Shown here: piece by piece, positions 46,097 to 56,380 of the stretch
Numbering within the stretch: the stretch's first letter is position 1
Layout of the letters: the number at the start of each line of letters is the position of its first letter
Assembly (NCBI GenBank): GCA_964346495.1
Contig: CAYFUW010000001.1
Coordinates: forward strand, 23,327-87,326
Length of the DNA stretch: 64,000 nucleotides
From: an uncultured Dysgonomonadaceae bacterium
GTDB lineage: Bacteria; Bacteroidota; Bacteroidia; Bacteroidales; Dysgonomonadaceae
Direction: 5' to 3'
Made by a program: the position numbers and the translations under genes
The notes under the pieces: generated by a model
The model's database searches: none
The model's input: the letters and a program-made list of their open reading frames with translations, nothing else
What the model was told of the DNA's origin: nothing

Positions 46097-47476
46097 ATGA
46101 AAAAGTTGTTTTATTTCTGTCTATGTTTTTTGCCATTTCTTTTTTCATGTAATAATAAGGAAAAGTCATCTTATGATTTCCCACAAATCATTGAGAAAGA
46201 TACACTTCGTATTATTACTTTAAACACATCAACATCTTATTTTATCTATCGTGATCAGGAAATGGGTTATCATTACGATATGATAAACAATTTCTGTAAA
46301 AAACATGACCTTGAGCTACAAGTTATTGTAGCTCAAAACCCTAATATGCTTATTCCGATGCTTCAAAGCGGTGTAGGCGACGTAATAGCATATAATGTTC
46401 CGGTAGATAATCAGCTAAAAGATTCACTTATTTATTGCGGATTAAATGAAGTTTCTCATCAAGTTCTTATACAACGCAACTTAAAGACAGATACCTTAAT
46501 TATCGACGTAACTCAACTGATAGGCAAAGATATACATGTTGTTAAAAACACCAAGTTTGAGCAGCGTATGCAAAATTTAAACGCTGAATTAGGCGGTGGT
46601 ATTGAAATAATTTCTAATTCGGAAGATACCATTGTTACTGAAGATTTGATTCGTATGGTTTCGTCGGGAGAGATAAAATATACTGTTGCAGAACATAAAC
46701 TTGCACAATTAAATCAGACCTATTTCAAAAATATCGATATACATCTGCCTGTAAGTTTCGACCAACGCACTTCGTGGGCAGTACGAAAAGATATGCCTAT
46801 ACTTGCCGATTCACTCAATAGTTGGTTTCAGCAGTGGAATTCTGAGCCAAGTCATTTCAGAATTACAAAACGCTATTTTGAAGAAGCAAAAGGTTTTTCA
46901 TCTAAATCGATATTATCTGACTACGATATTATTTCGCATGGAGTTATTTCGCCATTCGATGTCTATTTTAAAAAATATGGAAAAGAATATGGTATCGATT
47001 GGCGATTGTTGGCATCAGTTTCATATCATGAATCTACATTTAAAACCGATGGCGAATCGTGGGCAGGAGCTATCGGATTGATGGGTTTAATGCCACCTAC
47101 AGCAGCAGCTCTTGGTGTATCGAAAGAAGAGTTGTTTGATCCCGAAATAAATATCAAAACCGGAGCAAAATATTTGAAAAGTCTTATAAATATCTTTTCA
47201 TCGATAGAATCACACGACGAGCGTATAAAAATGGCATTAGCTTCTTATAACGGTGGTATCGGTCACATAGCAGATGCACGTGCACTTGCCGAAAAATATG
47301 GTGCCGATAGAAATGTTTGGGATGGAAGTGTAGAAAAATACGTGCAACTGAAACGTTTAGAACAATATTATAAAGACCCTGTTTGTAAAGCCGGATATTT
47401 CAGAGGTGATGAAACAGTGTTTTACGTAAAAACAGTTATGGAACGCTGGGCGATGTATAAAGCGAAAGTAAAATAG
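46097..47476 (+). CDS. MltF-like lytic transglycosylase (solute-binding-like domain plus SLT domain)
   Basis: It has a signal/lipobox, an SBP_bac_3-like N-terminal half, and SLT motifs ESTFKTDGES, GLMGLMP and SYNGG. Confidence 0.8.
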   Translation: MKKLFYFCLCFLPFLFSCNNKEKSSYDFPQIIEKDTLRIITLNTSTSYFIYRDQEMGYHYDMINNFCKKHDLELQVIVAQNPNMLIPMLQSGVGDVIAYNVPVDNQLKDSLIYCGLNEVSHQVLIQRNLKTDTLIIDVTQLIGKDIHVVKNTKFEQRMQNLNAELGGGIEIISNSEDTIVTEDLIRMVSSGEIKYTVAEHKLAQLNQTYFKNIDIHLPVSFDQRTSWAVRKDMPILADSLNSWFQQWNSEPSHFRITKRYFEEAKGFSSKSILSDYDIISHGVISPFDVYFKKYGKEYGIDWRLLASVSYHESTFKTDGESWAGAIGLMGLMPPTAAALGVSKEELFDPEINIKTGAKYLKSLINIFSSIESHDERIKMALASYNGGIGHIADARALAEKYGADRNVWDGSVEKYVQLKRLEQYYKDPVCKAGYFRGDETVFYVKTVMERWAMYKAKVK

Positions 47477-47690
47477 TTTCGAGTTCCGAGTAGCTGCGAA
47501 TTCCAATTAGCTGCTACTTAAAACCCTAAAAGTTTTCTTGTTGTATGGATTTGTTATACCGACAAATACCACGCGGAAGCAGTCTAAAAAAACTTAGCGA
47601 GCTTAGCGATTAATCTTTGCGTTCTTTGCGAGAAACATAGATTAGCATTCCAATAAGTCTTATGTCTTGATTCTTGTGTATTGTATCTGA
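47477..47690. repeat. Mosaic repeat array
   Basis: It contains TTNCGAG heptads, module I at 47488-47519, degenerate module A at 47541-47563 and inverted extended module G at 47587-47686. Confidence 0.7.
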
Positions 47691-47931
47691 AAAAATATTT
47701 TCAATATTATAATAATAATCTATAAGATAATGCGTTTCTAATTATATAAAACGAAGCGCGTATGATAAATTTTACTCAAAAAAGTCATTTAAATTCAACC
47801 TTTACAGATAAAAAAAGTCCAATGCCATCTACGCTGAGCATCAATATTATAAGGCAGTTTGCACTTGCTCTATATGTAGAGAGAAAACTATCTATTGCAG
47901 AAAATAGTTTTATTCTAAATTGATAATTTAT

Positions 47932-47939
47932 TATCTTTG
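47932..47939 (+). promoter_or_regulatory. -7 box upstream of rpe-comEC-nrnA
   Basis: TATCTTTG lies 21 nt upstream of the ATG. Confidence 0.45.
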
Positions 47940-47959
47940 AAAAATAAAACTAAAAAGAT

Positions 47960-48610
47960 ATGTTTCCATTAATTGCCCCTTCACTTTTATCTGCAAATTT
48001 TCTGAATCTTGAAAAGGATATCGAAATGTTAAACAACAGCGATGCTGATTGGATACATCTAGATATTATGGATGGTGTTTTTGTTCCAAACATTTCATTT
48101 GGATTCCCTGTTATCGATTTGTTGAAAAACAAAACCGATAAACCGCTCGATGTGCATTTAATGATAGTTTCGCCTGAAAAATTTATACCACAAATTGCGG
48201 CTACAGGTGCTACTTATATGAATGTTCACTACGAAGCGTGTACACACTTGCATAGAGTTGTACAAGAGATTAAAAAACATGGAATGAAAGCCGTTGTAAC
48301 GCTCAATCCGCATACACCTGTTGATTTACTGCAAGATATTATATGTGAATTGGATATGGTATTGTTGATGTCGGTAAATCCCGGATTTGGCGGACAAAAA
48401 TTTATCGAGCAAACCGTGGAAAAAGTTTCCAGATTGAAAGAGATTATACTTCGTAAAAACCTGAATACTCTTATAGAAGTTGATGGAGGAGTAAATCTCG
48501 AAACAGGTAAAAAATTGGTCGATGCAGGTGCCGATGTTTTAGTTGCAGGCAGCTTTGTTTTTTCATCGCCCAATCCCATTGAAACCATAAGTAAACTGAA
48601 AGCACTTTAA
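47960..48610 (+). CDS. rpe: Ribulose-phosphate 3-epimerase
   Basis: Motifs PSLLSANF, HLDIMDG and MSVNPGFGGQ are present. Confidence 0.93.
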   Translation: MFPLIAPSLLSANFLNLEKDIEMLNNSDADWIHLDIMDGVFVPNISFGFPVIDLLKNKTDKPLDVHLMIVSPEKFIPQIAATGATYMNVHYEACTHLHRVVQEIKKHGMKAVVTLNPHTPVDLLQDIICELDMVLLMSVNPGFGGQKFIEQTVEKVSRLKEIILRKNLNTLIEVDGGVNLETGKKLVDAGADVLVAGSFVFSSPNPIETISKLKAL

Positions 48611-48637
48611 TTATTATTCTCTCATAAACAGTAGGTT

Positions 48638-50605
48638 ATGAGTGATTTAATTTCGAGAATTCCTTTTCTAAAATTGCTTATTCCGGTAATAGTTGCCATT
48701 TTGGTAAACTATTATCTGACAGTTATTCCTTTTGCTGTTTACATCGCTGTTACAGGAGCAATCTTAATGATTCTCTCTTTTTTGATAAAGAAGGAGAAAC
48801 AGTTTTCATTGCGATGGGTTTTCGGATTGGGACTCAATGTTTTTATTTTCGGATTGATTTCGGTAATTTTTTCTTATCACGACGAAAAAACTACTTTCTC
48901 TTTTCCGGAAAATGAAGATTATTACGTTGGCTACGTTATGGATATTCCTTTGGAAAAACCGCGTTCCGTAGCTTGTAATATTCAATTGAAATACCCGAAC
49001 AATAAAAAAGTAGTTGTTTATCTGCAAAAAGATAGTCTTGCCAATTTGCTTTCACCCGGAGATGAGATTATTTTTCATTCGAGATTGCAATCATTCAAAA
49101 ATTTTGGCAATCCTGATGATTTCGATTACGAAAGATTTATGAAGATAAAAGGTTATAGCGGAACCAATTATCTACCTTCATACAATTGGCAAAAAACAGG
49201 GAAAAGCGTAAATAATATTTCTACAATTTCTCAAAGAGTAAGAGCAAAAATAATTTCACATTACGAATCTTTCGGTTTAGATTCCGATACTTTCGCATTT
49301 ATCACGGCACTTACAATCGGTTATAAAAACTTTTTAACCGATGATTTACAAGAGTCGTTTCGCAAATCGGGAACATCGCATGTTTTGGCTGTTAGCGGAT
49401 TACACGTAGGAATCGTGTTTATTGTATTTTCAACTATATTATCTTTTCTTGGAAAACATGGAAAACTGTTTCAACTAAGGCAGATACTTATTATTTTGGC
49501 ATTGTGGTTTTACGCGTTTGTTACAGGTTTTTCGCCTTCGGTTTTGCGCGCTGTGATTATGCTAACCGTTTATTGCATAAGCACTTTAATTTATCGTAAA
49601 GGTTTCACATATAATACATTAGCAATTGCCGCATTTATTATTTTGATAATAAATCCCTACTCTCTATTTGATATTAGTTTTCAGATGAGTTTTGTTGCGG
49701 TATTCTCGATTTTGTTTTTTATGCCGATTCTCGAAAAGCTTTATAAGCCCAAAAACAAGATTACAAAATATATTTGGGATTTGTTTAGCGTTTCGATGGC
49801 TGCACAATTAGGCGTTTTTCCAATAGTTTTATACTATTTCGGAACATTTCCAACCTATTTTTTCATCGCAAATATGCTGATTGTTCCATTGATAGGAATA
49901 ATTATTTATTCTGTTATACCGGTTGTTGTTTTTAAATTGTTGACACTTACCGGATTGAATATTTTTTCCACAATTTTCCTGTTTTTCAGATGGATACTTT
50001 ACGCACTTGTAACTGTGGTGCTAAAAGTTGCATCTTTTGTAGAGCATCTGCCTTTTTCGCAAATATCAAATCTATATATTACAACAACGCAACTGTTTTT
50101 CATTTCAATCCTTATTTTATCCTTCGCTCAATTTGTTCTTAATAAGAGACCTAAATACATAATATTAACTTTGTTATCATCAATATTTTTGTTATGTACA
50201 AACACCTTTTCAATGTTAAATGAACAACCTGTTAAATTGGTGGTTTATAACAAAACGGGAGAGAGCGAGATTGGTCTGTTTCACAAAGGGAAACGATACC
50301 CGCTCGAAATTTCGGAAAATGGAATCGTGCCACACAAAGAGGCTATAATTGTGCATCTATCTGATAATAATTATAAAAATATTATAGAAAACGAATATTT
50401 TCCTGCCGATATTTTGATTCTCAATAACGATAAAACTTTCTCTATTTCGAATTTAAACACTATCTTTCAGCCGTCAATTGTCGTTATTGAAAACTCAATT
50501 TCGCCATATTACAGAAATAGATTGATAGAAGAGTGTAACAATTTTAATATTAAATATTATGATGTTTCCCAAATGGGAGCATTTACAATAAATTATGAAC
50601 TATGA
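48638..50605 (+). CDS. comEC: ComEC/Rec2 family membrane protein
   Basis: 655 aa and polytopic, with a DUF4131-like N-terminus and the competence domain motif GTSHVLAVSGLHVG. Confidence 0.83.
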   Translation: MSDLISRIPFLKLLIPVIVAILVNYYLTVIPFAVYIAVTGAILMILSFLIKKEKQFSLRWVFGLGLNVFIFGLISVIFSYHDEKTTFSFPENEDYYVGYVMDIPLEKPRSVACNIQLKYPNNKKVVVYLQKDSLANLLSPGDEIIFHSRLQSFKNFGNPDDFDYERFMKIKGYSGTNYLPSYNWQKTGKSVNNISTISQRVRAKIISHYESFGLDSDTFAFITALTIGYKNFLTDDLQESFRKSGTSHVLAVSGLHVGIVFIVFSTILSFLGKHGKLFQLRQILIILALWFYAFVTGFSPSVLRAVIMLTVYCISTLIYRKGFTYNTLAIAAFIILIINPYSLFDISFQMSFVAVFSILFFMPILEKLYKPKNKITKYIWDLFSVSMAAQLGVFPIVLYYFGTFPTYFFIANMLIVPLIGIIIYSVIPVVVFKLLTLTGLNIFSTIFLFFRWILYALVTVVLKVASFVEHLPFSQISNLYITTTQLFFISILILSFAQFVLNKRPKYIILTLLSSIFLLCTNTFSMLNEQPVKLVVYNKTGESEIGLFHKGKRYPLEISENGIVPHKEAIIVHLSDNNYKNIIENEYFPADILILNNDKTFSISNLNTIFQPSIVVIENSISPYYRNRLIEECNNFNIKYYDVSQMGAFTINYEL

Positions 50606-51657
50606 AATATAAAGTACAGCTAACCGACGTAATTTCGTCAAACAATATAGAATCGGTTTTTCGACTGATTGAAGAGAGTGAGCAAATCCTTATTACAACT
50701 CACTTATCACCCGATGGAGATGCACTTGGTTCATCTCTCGCATTGTACAACTATCTACTCAGAATTGGAAAAAATGTACAGATAATTGTGCCAAACTCTT
50801 TTCCATATTTTTTGCGATGGATGCATGGAAGCGACCAAATAAAAATATATGAGTACAATCCCGAAGCAGCTCAAAAAATAATTGAGACATCAGATCTGAT
50901 TTTCAGTTTGGATTATAATATTCCAAAACGAGTTGGCGATATGGGAGAATTTTTAGAGAAAGTAAAAGGACATAAAGTTCTGATTGACCACCATTTATAT
51001 CCGGGAGAAATATTCGATATAGTAATTTCGCATCCGCCAATATCGTCAACAAGCGAGTTGGTTTTCAGACTAATTTTTCAAGGAGGGAAATATGATGAGA
51101 TGACTTCGGTAGAAGCCGAGTGCATATATACCGGAATGATGACCGATACAGGTGGTTTCACGTTTAATTCGAACGATGCTGAAATCTTTCAGATAATTAG
51201 TCTTTTGCTCAGAAAAGGTATTGATAAAGACGCTATTTATGCGAAAGTGTATAATAACATGTCGGAGAGTCGATTCCGATTGCTCGGTTTTACACTTATG
51301 CACCGAATGAAAATTTATCCCGAACTGCACAGTGCGCTTATCTATCTTTCGAAAGAAGACCAAAAACAATTCGATATTTCAAAAGGCGATACTGAAGGTT
51401 TCGTGAATTATCCTTTGGGAATTAAAGATATTATTTTTTCAACATTTACCAGAGAAGATGACAATTTGGTAAAAATGTCGTTTCGCTCGCAAAACAGATT
51501 CCCTTGTAACGAGTTTGCTGCTAATCACTTTGGTGGCGGCGGACATCTGAATGCATCGGGAGGAGAATTTTATGGCGAGCTGTCGGATGCTATAGAGCAT
51601 TTTGAAAAAAACTTAGTTAACTATGCCGAAAAATTAAAAGAAGAGGCAAATAAATAG
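50602..51657 (+). CDS. nrnA: DHH/DHHA1 phosphoesterase (NrnA-like)
   Basis: Motifs HLSPDGDALGS, DHH and GGGGHLNASGG are present. The start overlaps the comEC stop (ATGA). Confidence 0.8.
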   Translation: MKYKVQLTDVISSNNIESVFRLIEESEQILITTHLSPDGDALGSSLALYNYLLRIGKNVQIIVPNSFPYFLRWMHGSDQIKIYEYNPEAAQKIIETSDLIFSLDYNIPKRVGDMGEFLEKVKGHKVLIDHHLYPGEIFDIVISHPPISSTSELVFRLIFQGGKYDEMTSVEAECIYTGMMTDTGGFTFNSNDAEIFQIISLLLRKGIDKDAIYAKVYNNMSESRFRLLGFTLMHRMKIYPELHSALIYLSKEDQKQFDISKGDTEGFVNYPLGIKDIIFSTFTREDDNLVKMSFRSQNRFPCNEFAANHFGGGGHLNASGGEFYGELSDAIEHFEKNLVNYAEKLKEEANK

Positions 51658-51721
51658 TATAAAAAGCGACTCAAATAATCTCTTGATTCGCAACAGTTAT
51701 GTGTAATCTCATCTTTTTTTG

Positions 51722-51729
51722 TATTTTTG
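51722..51729 (+). promoter_or_regulatory. -7 box upstream of valS
   Basis: TATTTTTG lies 20 nt upstream of the ATG at 51749. Confidence 0.45.
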
Positions 51730-51748
51730 CACATCAAACAGAATTAAT

Positions 51749-54406
51749 ATGGAAATTTCAAGCAAATACAATCCTTCAGAAGTAGAAAATAAGTGGTACA
51801 AATATTGGATGGACAACAAATTGTTTCATTCAGAACCCGATGAGCGTGAACCTTATACAATAGTTATTCCACCACCCAACGTAACCGGAGTGTTGCATAT
51901 GGGTCACATGCTCAACAATACAATTCAGGATGTTTTGGTGCGTCGTGCCCGCATGTTGGGAAAAAATGCCTGTTGGGTACCGGGAACCGACCACGCTTCC
52001 ATTGCTACGGAAGCGAAAGTGGTAGCTCGTTTGGCAGAACAGGGAATTAAAAAATCTGACCTTACCCGCGAGGAGTTTTTGAAACATGCCTGGGATTGGA
52101 CACACGAACATGGCGGAATTATTCTTGAACAGTTGAAAAAGCTCGGAGCTTCGTGCGATTGGGACAGAACCGCGTTTACAATGGACGAAATTCGTTCAAA
52201 GAGCGTTATCAAAGTTTTCTGCGATTTGTATGAAAAAGGCTTGATTTATCGCGGTGTTCGTATGGTAAACTGGGACCCGAAAGCGCTTACCGCTATTTCC
52301 GACGAGGAAGTTAATCACAAAGAGATACAGGGAAAATTGTTCTACCTGAGATACAAAATCACCCCCCAACCCCCTAAAGGGGGAGCAAGTGCCGATAATC
52401 AGAATAACCCTGACTATTTGGTAGTAGCTACAACAAGACCCGAGACAATAATGGGAGATACGGCTGTTTGCATCAATCCGAATAACCCAAAAACGGCTTG
52501 GTTAAAAGGCAAGAAGTGTTTAGTTCCATTGATAAATAGAGAAATTCCAATTATTGAAGACGATTATGTCGATATGGAATTTGGAACCGGTTGCCTGAAA
52601 GTTACGCCTGCACACGATGTAAACGACTATGTGCTTGGTGAGAAACATAATCTGCCTTCAATTGATATTTTCAACGATAACGGTACGCTTAACGAGCATG
52701 GTGAAATGTATGAAGGAATGGATCGTTTTGATGTGCGGAAGAAGATTGTGAAAGATTTGGTAGAAGCCGGTTTGATGGAAAAAATGGAAGACTACACCAA
52801 CAAAGTTGGCTATTCCGAACGTACCGATGTGCCTATTGAGCCGAAACTTTCTATGCAGTGGTTTCTGAAAATGGATGATTTGGCGAAACCAGCACTTGAA
52901 AACGTAGAAAATGACACCGTTAAATTCCATCCCGAAAAATATAAAAACACCTATCGCCACTGGATGGAAAACATCAAGGATTGGAATATCAGTCGTCAGC
53001 TCTGGTGGGGACATCGCATTCCGGCTTACTATTTGCCCGAAGGCGGTTTTGTAGTGGGCGAAACCAAAGAAATTGCTTACGAAAAAGCACTTAAAATGGT
53101 TGATTATCCGTTGACGATGGATGATTTGCGTCAGGATGAAGATGCACTTGATACCTGGTTTTCATCGTGGTTGTGGCCCATCTCTGTTTTCGATGGAATA
53201 AATAATCCCGATAACGAGGATATCAAATATTACTATCCGACAAGTGACTTGATAACCGGACCCGATATTATTTTCTTTTGGGTGGCTCGCATGATTATGG
53301 CAGGCTATGAATACCGAAATGAGGAGTGTTTCAAAAATGTCTATTTTACCGGAATTGTACGCGATAAAATTGGTCGTAAAATGTCGAAATCCTTTGGTAA
53401 TTCGCCTGACCCGATTGAACTGATGGAACAATACGGTGCAGACGGTGTTCGAATGGGTATGCTCTTGACTGCACCTGCAGGAAATGACCTACTTTTCGAT
53501 GAAACACTTTGTGAGCAAGGACGAAACTTTAACAACAAGATATGGAACGCTTTCCGATTGGTAAAAGGTTGGGAAGTAAGCGATAGCATCGCTCAACCCG
53601 ATTCGTCGAAAATTGCAATCGATTGGTTCCGCAACAAACTTTCGGAAACAATTGTTGAAATGGATGATTTGTTCTCGAAATATCGCTTGTCGGAAGCGTT
53701 GATGTTGCTATATAAACTTTTCTGGGACGAGTTCTCATCGTGGTATCTCGAACTTGTAAAACCCGCTTATCAACAACCGATTGATAAAGCCACTTTCGAT
53801 TCAACATTGGAATTTTTCGATAGTCTGTTGCGACTTTTGCACCCATTTATGCCGTTTATCACGGAAGAGTTGTGGCAAGCAGTTTACGAGCGTAAATCGG
53901 GAGAGAGCATTATGTATGCCGCTCAACCCGAAGCAAGTGCGGTTGACAAGCAACTACTTGCCGATTTTGAAGATGTAAAACAAATCGTGGCTGGTATTCG
54001 CACAATCCGATTGGAGAAAAATATCGCTCAAAGAGAGGAGTTGGAGTTGCAAATTGTGGGAGAACACGATGGAAAATTGGATGATGCGATTATCAAAATG
54101 GCAAATCTAAGCTCAATCACTTCGGTAAACGAAAAGCAAATTGGTGCGGCAGGATTTTTGGTTGGAACAACGGAATACACCGTTCCGCTTGCCGATAAAT
54201 TGGATAAAGAAGCCGAAATTAAGAAATTGCAAGCCGAACTTGAATATCTTGAAGGATTCTTGCAATCGGTAATGAAAAAGCTTAGCAATGAGCGTTTTGT
54301 GCAAAATGCAAAACCCGAAATTGTTGAAAACGAACGTAAAAAACAAGCTGATGCCGAAAGTAAAATCGCGGTGTTGAAGGAGAATATTAAGGCGTTGTCA
54401 CTATAA
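51749..54406 (+). CDS. valS: Valine--tRNA ligase
   Basis: It has the class I HIGH motif ([11 protein letters not shown]), KMSKS and a C-terminal coiled coil. The start at MEISSKYNP lies 20 nt after a TATTTTTG box. Confidence 0.96.
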   Translation: MEISSKYNPSEVENKWYKYWMDNKLFHSEPDEREPYTIVIPPPNVTGVLHMGHMLNNTIQDVLVRRARMLGKNACWVPGTDHASIATEAKVVARLAEQGIKKSDLTREEFLKHAWDWTHEHGGIILEQLKKLGASCDWDRTAFTMDEIRSKSVIKVFCDLYEKGLIYRGVRMVNWDPKALTAISDEEVNHKEIQGKLFYLRYKITPQPPKGGASADNQNNPDYLVVATTRPETIMGDTAVCINPNNPKTAWLKGKKCLVPLINREIPIIEDDYVDMEFGTGCLKVTPAHDVNDYVLGEKHNLPSIDIFNDNGTLNEHGEMYEGMDRFDVRKKIVKDLVEAGLMEKMEDYTNKVGYSERTDVPIEPKLSMQWFLKMDDLAKPALENVENDTVKFHPEKYKNTYRHWMENIKDWNISRQLWWGHRIPAYYLPEGGFVVGETKEIAYEKALKMVDYPLTMDDLRQDEDALDTWFSSWLWPISVFDGINNPDNEDIKYYYPTSDLITGPDIIFFWVARMIMAGYEYRNEECFKNVYFTGIVRDKIGRKMSKSFGNSPDPIELMEQYGADGVRMGMLLTAPAGNDLLFDETLCEQGRNFNNKIWNAFRLVKGWEVSDSIAQPDSSKIAIDWFRNKLSETIVEMDDLFSKYRLSEALMLLYKLFWDEFSSWYLELVKPAYQQPIDKATFDSTLEFFDSLLRLLHPFMPFITEELWQAVYERKSGESIMYAAQPEASAVDKQLLADFEDVKQIVAGIRTIRLEKNIAQREELELQIVGEHDGKLDDAIIKMANLSSITSVNEKQIGAAGFLVGTTEYTVPLADKLDKEAEIKKLQAELEYLEGFLQSVMKKLSNERFVQNAKPEIVENERKKQADAESKIAVLKENIKALSL

Positions 54407-54408
54407 AT

Positions 54409-55266
54409 ATGCAAGAATTTATTTCGCATATTTCCGAAAAAATAGCCGAAAAGATTATCTCTTATCACTCTGTTGCGGGTGGAGATATCTCTTCGGCATT
54501 TTTATTAAAATCGGGAAAGCGGAACTATTTTCTGAAAGTCAATTCCAAGCCGTTTGCCTATACTATGTTTCACGCGGAACAAGCCGGTTTGGAGGCTATT
54601 GCGAAAACCGAAACTATCGCTGTTCCGCATATCTATTTGGTTGACTCTTTTCAAGATAAATCGTTTTTATTGGTAGATTTTGTGGAGAGCAAAAGTCCCG
54701 ATTCATCCGATTTTTCACTATTCGGAACTCAATTGGCAAAAATGCATCAACACTCTCAATCGAAATTCGGATTTTATAAAGATAATTTTATCGGAAGTTT
54801 GCCGCAATCCAACACTTTTCACGATAATTGGGCTGAGTTTTATTGGTTTGAGCGTATTCTTCCGCAACTTCAATTAGCGAAAGAGAACAGATTGCTTTCC
54901 GCATCTGAAATACCGAATGAAAACAGGGCAATTACTCTATTTCAAGACTCTTTTGGAGATGTAAAACCTTTGCTTCTGCATGGCGATTTATGGGGCGTCA
55001 ACTACCTTATAGCATCAAACGGAACACCCTTTCTTATTGACCCTGCAACCTATTTCGGGCACTCGATGGTGGATATCGCGATGAGTAAACTTTTCGGCGG
55101 ATTTTCTCAATCGTTTTACGATGCTTATCATGAAATAATTCCCAAACCGGCTAACTACTCACAGCAAATTGAACTCTATCAACTCTATTATCTGCTTGTT
55201 CATTTGAATCTGTTCGGAAGCGGATACTATTCGAGTGTTTCTCGTATTTTGAAGAGATATTTTTAA
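54409..55266 (+). CDS. Fructosamine/ketosamine-3-kinase family protein
   Basis: 285 aa with the APH-like motif LLHGDLWGVN...DPA. It starts 2 nt after the valS stop. Confidence 0.83.
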   Translation: MQEFISHISEKIAEKIISYHSVAGGDISSAFLLKSGKRNYFLKVNSKPFAYTMFHAEQAGLEAIAKTETIAVPHIYLVDSFQDKSFLLVDFVESKSPDSSDFSLFGTQLAKMHQHSQSKFGFYKDNFIGSLPQSNTFHDNWAEFYWFERILPQLQLAKENRLLSASEIPNENRAITLFQDSFGDVKPLLLHGDLWGVNYLIASNGTPFLIDPATYFGHSMVDIAMSKLFGGFSQSFYDAYHEIIPKPANYSQQIELYQLYYLLVHLNLFGSGYYSSVSRILKRYF

Positions 55267-55276
55267 TCTTTCTGAT

Positions 55277-55571
55277 CACTATTGTCCGATTAAAAATTGT
55301 CCGTAGGAAAAAACCGTAAATAACCACCAGATTTATCTGGGGGATAGGAAGTGTCAACTTAACCAAACTCTGTAAGAGTTTGCCATAAAATAAGCAAGGA
55401 AACACTTACAGTGTTTATTATTGTTCTATCATTGTCCCCAATTAAAATTGTGGGTTATGTACAGGAAACTTCTACGAAGTTCAAAAAGAACACTATAAGC
55501 TGTTAAATCACTTTAAACAGCTTGTTTTGAATGCTCTGAATAGTAGCAAAATATTTTGTCGGACAACAATG
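55277..55571. mobile_element. MITE-like non-autonomous element (295 bp) with 13 bp imperfect TIRs and a 9 bp flanking direct repeat
   Basis: The left TIR is CACTATTGTCCGA (55277-55289). The right TIR at 55559-55571 reverse-complements to CATTGTTGTCCGA (11/13). The direct repeat CTTTCTGAT occurs at 55268-55276 and 55572-55580. No ORF lies inside. Confidence 0.55.
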
Positions 55572-55583
55572 CTTTCTGATTAA

Positions 55584-56327
55584 TCAAAACTCTAAATAGG
55601 GTCTTAACCGCTCAATATCTTCGGCTGTAAACTCTTCAAGCATTGCCAATTCGTCTAAGGAAGCGACTTTCCCTTTTCGTTTACGAAGATTTGTTATTGA
55701 TTGTACTTGTTTGTAGTTCAGATAAGGATGATTCAACAACTCTTTAAATTCCAACTTATTGACTTGGACTTTTTGGAAATTGCCATCGGGTTTTATATAC
55801 GGAGAAATTCGAGCAAACATTTCGTTATCAACACCATACACTTCCCTAAGCTGTTCCGTTGATGCGAAGCCACCTAATTTATTTCTATATTTTAAAATTC
55901 TTGCCGCATACGAACTACCTATTCCGGGTATCTTTTTCCATTCGGCTGTATCGGTGCTGTTTAGAGAGATAGTTTCGCCTACGGCAAGCTTTTCTTGTCG
56001 TGGAAAAGAAGTTTTAGAATCAGATTCGAAGTGTTTTCTATCTTCATATTTGAAATCAGACTTTTTTCGACTATCGTAATATGGTCCGGTTTTCTTGTTT
56101 GCGTATTGACTATTATACTCTCTCTCTTTTTTCGATTCGCTCTCATATTTTTGTCGAAAATCTTCAAATTTATAGACAAGTGAATCGTTTTGAATTTGAG
56201 TTATTACGGTTGACGTGCGTTGACGTAACACAATATTGAGCAGCATTATCAAGACAATCAGTACCAGCAGAACAATTATTGCTATTTGCTCGCCTCTCTG
56301 GTAGTATAGAAAATCTTTCCACTTCAT
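55584..56327 (-). CDS. ComEA-like helix-hairpin-helix DNA-binding protein
   Basis: It has an N-terminal TM helix and two HhH motifs (WKKIPGIGSSYAARILKYR, LNHPYLNYKQVQSI). Confidence 0.72.
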   Translation of the reverse strand: MKWKDFLYYQRGEQIAIIVLLVLIVLIMLLNIVLRQRTSTVITQIQNDSLVYKFEDFRQKYESESKKEREYNSQYANKKTGPYYDSRKKSDFKYEDRKHFESDSKTSFPRQEKLAVGETISLNSTDTAEWKKIPGIGSSYAARILKYRNKLGGFASTEQLREVYGVDNEMFARISPYIKPDGNFQKVQVNKLEFKELLNHPYLNYKQVQSITNLRKRKGKVASLDELAMLEEFTAEDIERLRPYLEF

Positions 56328-56380
56328 CTTACTGCCGCTATTATGTGTTAATCATGCTCGAGGTTATTTAAACTTTTTTC

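Noticed and set aside
47762-47923. Unlisted 53 aa ORF (MINFTQKSHLNSTFTDKKSPMPSTLSINIIRQFALALYVERKLSIAENSFILN) upstream of rpe
   Set aside because: I found no recognisable motif and no TAnnTTTG box in the right position. It lies in AT-rich DNA where ORFs of this size arise by chance, and the rpe promoter box overlaps its end region. Support is insufficient to call a gene.
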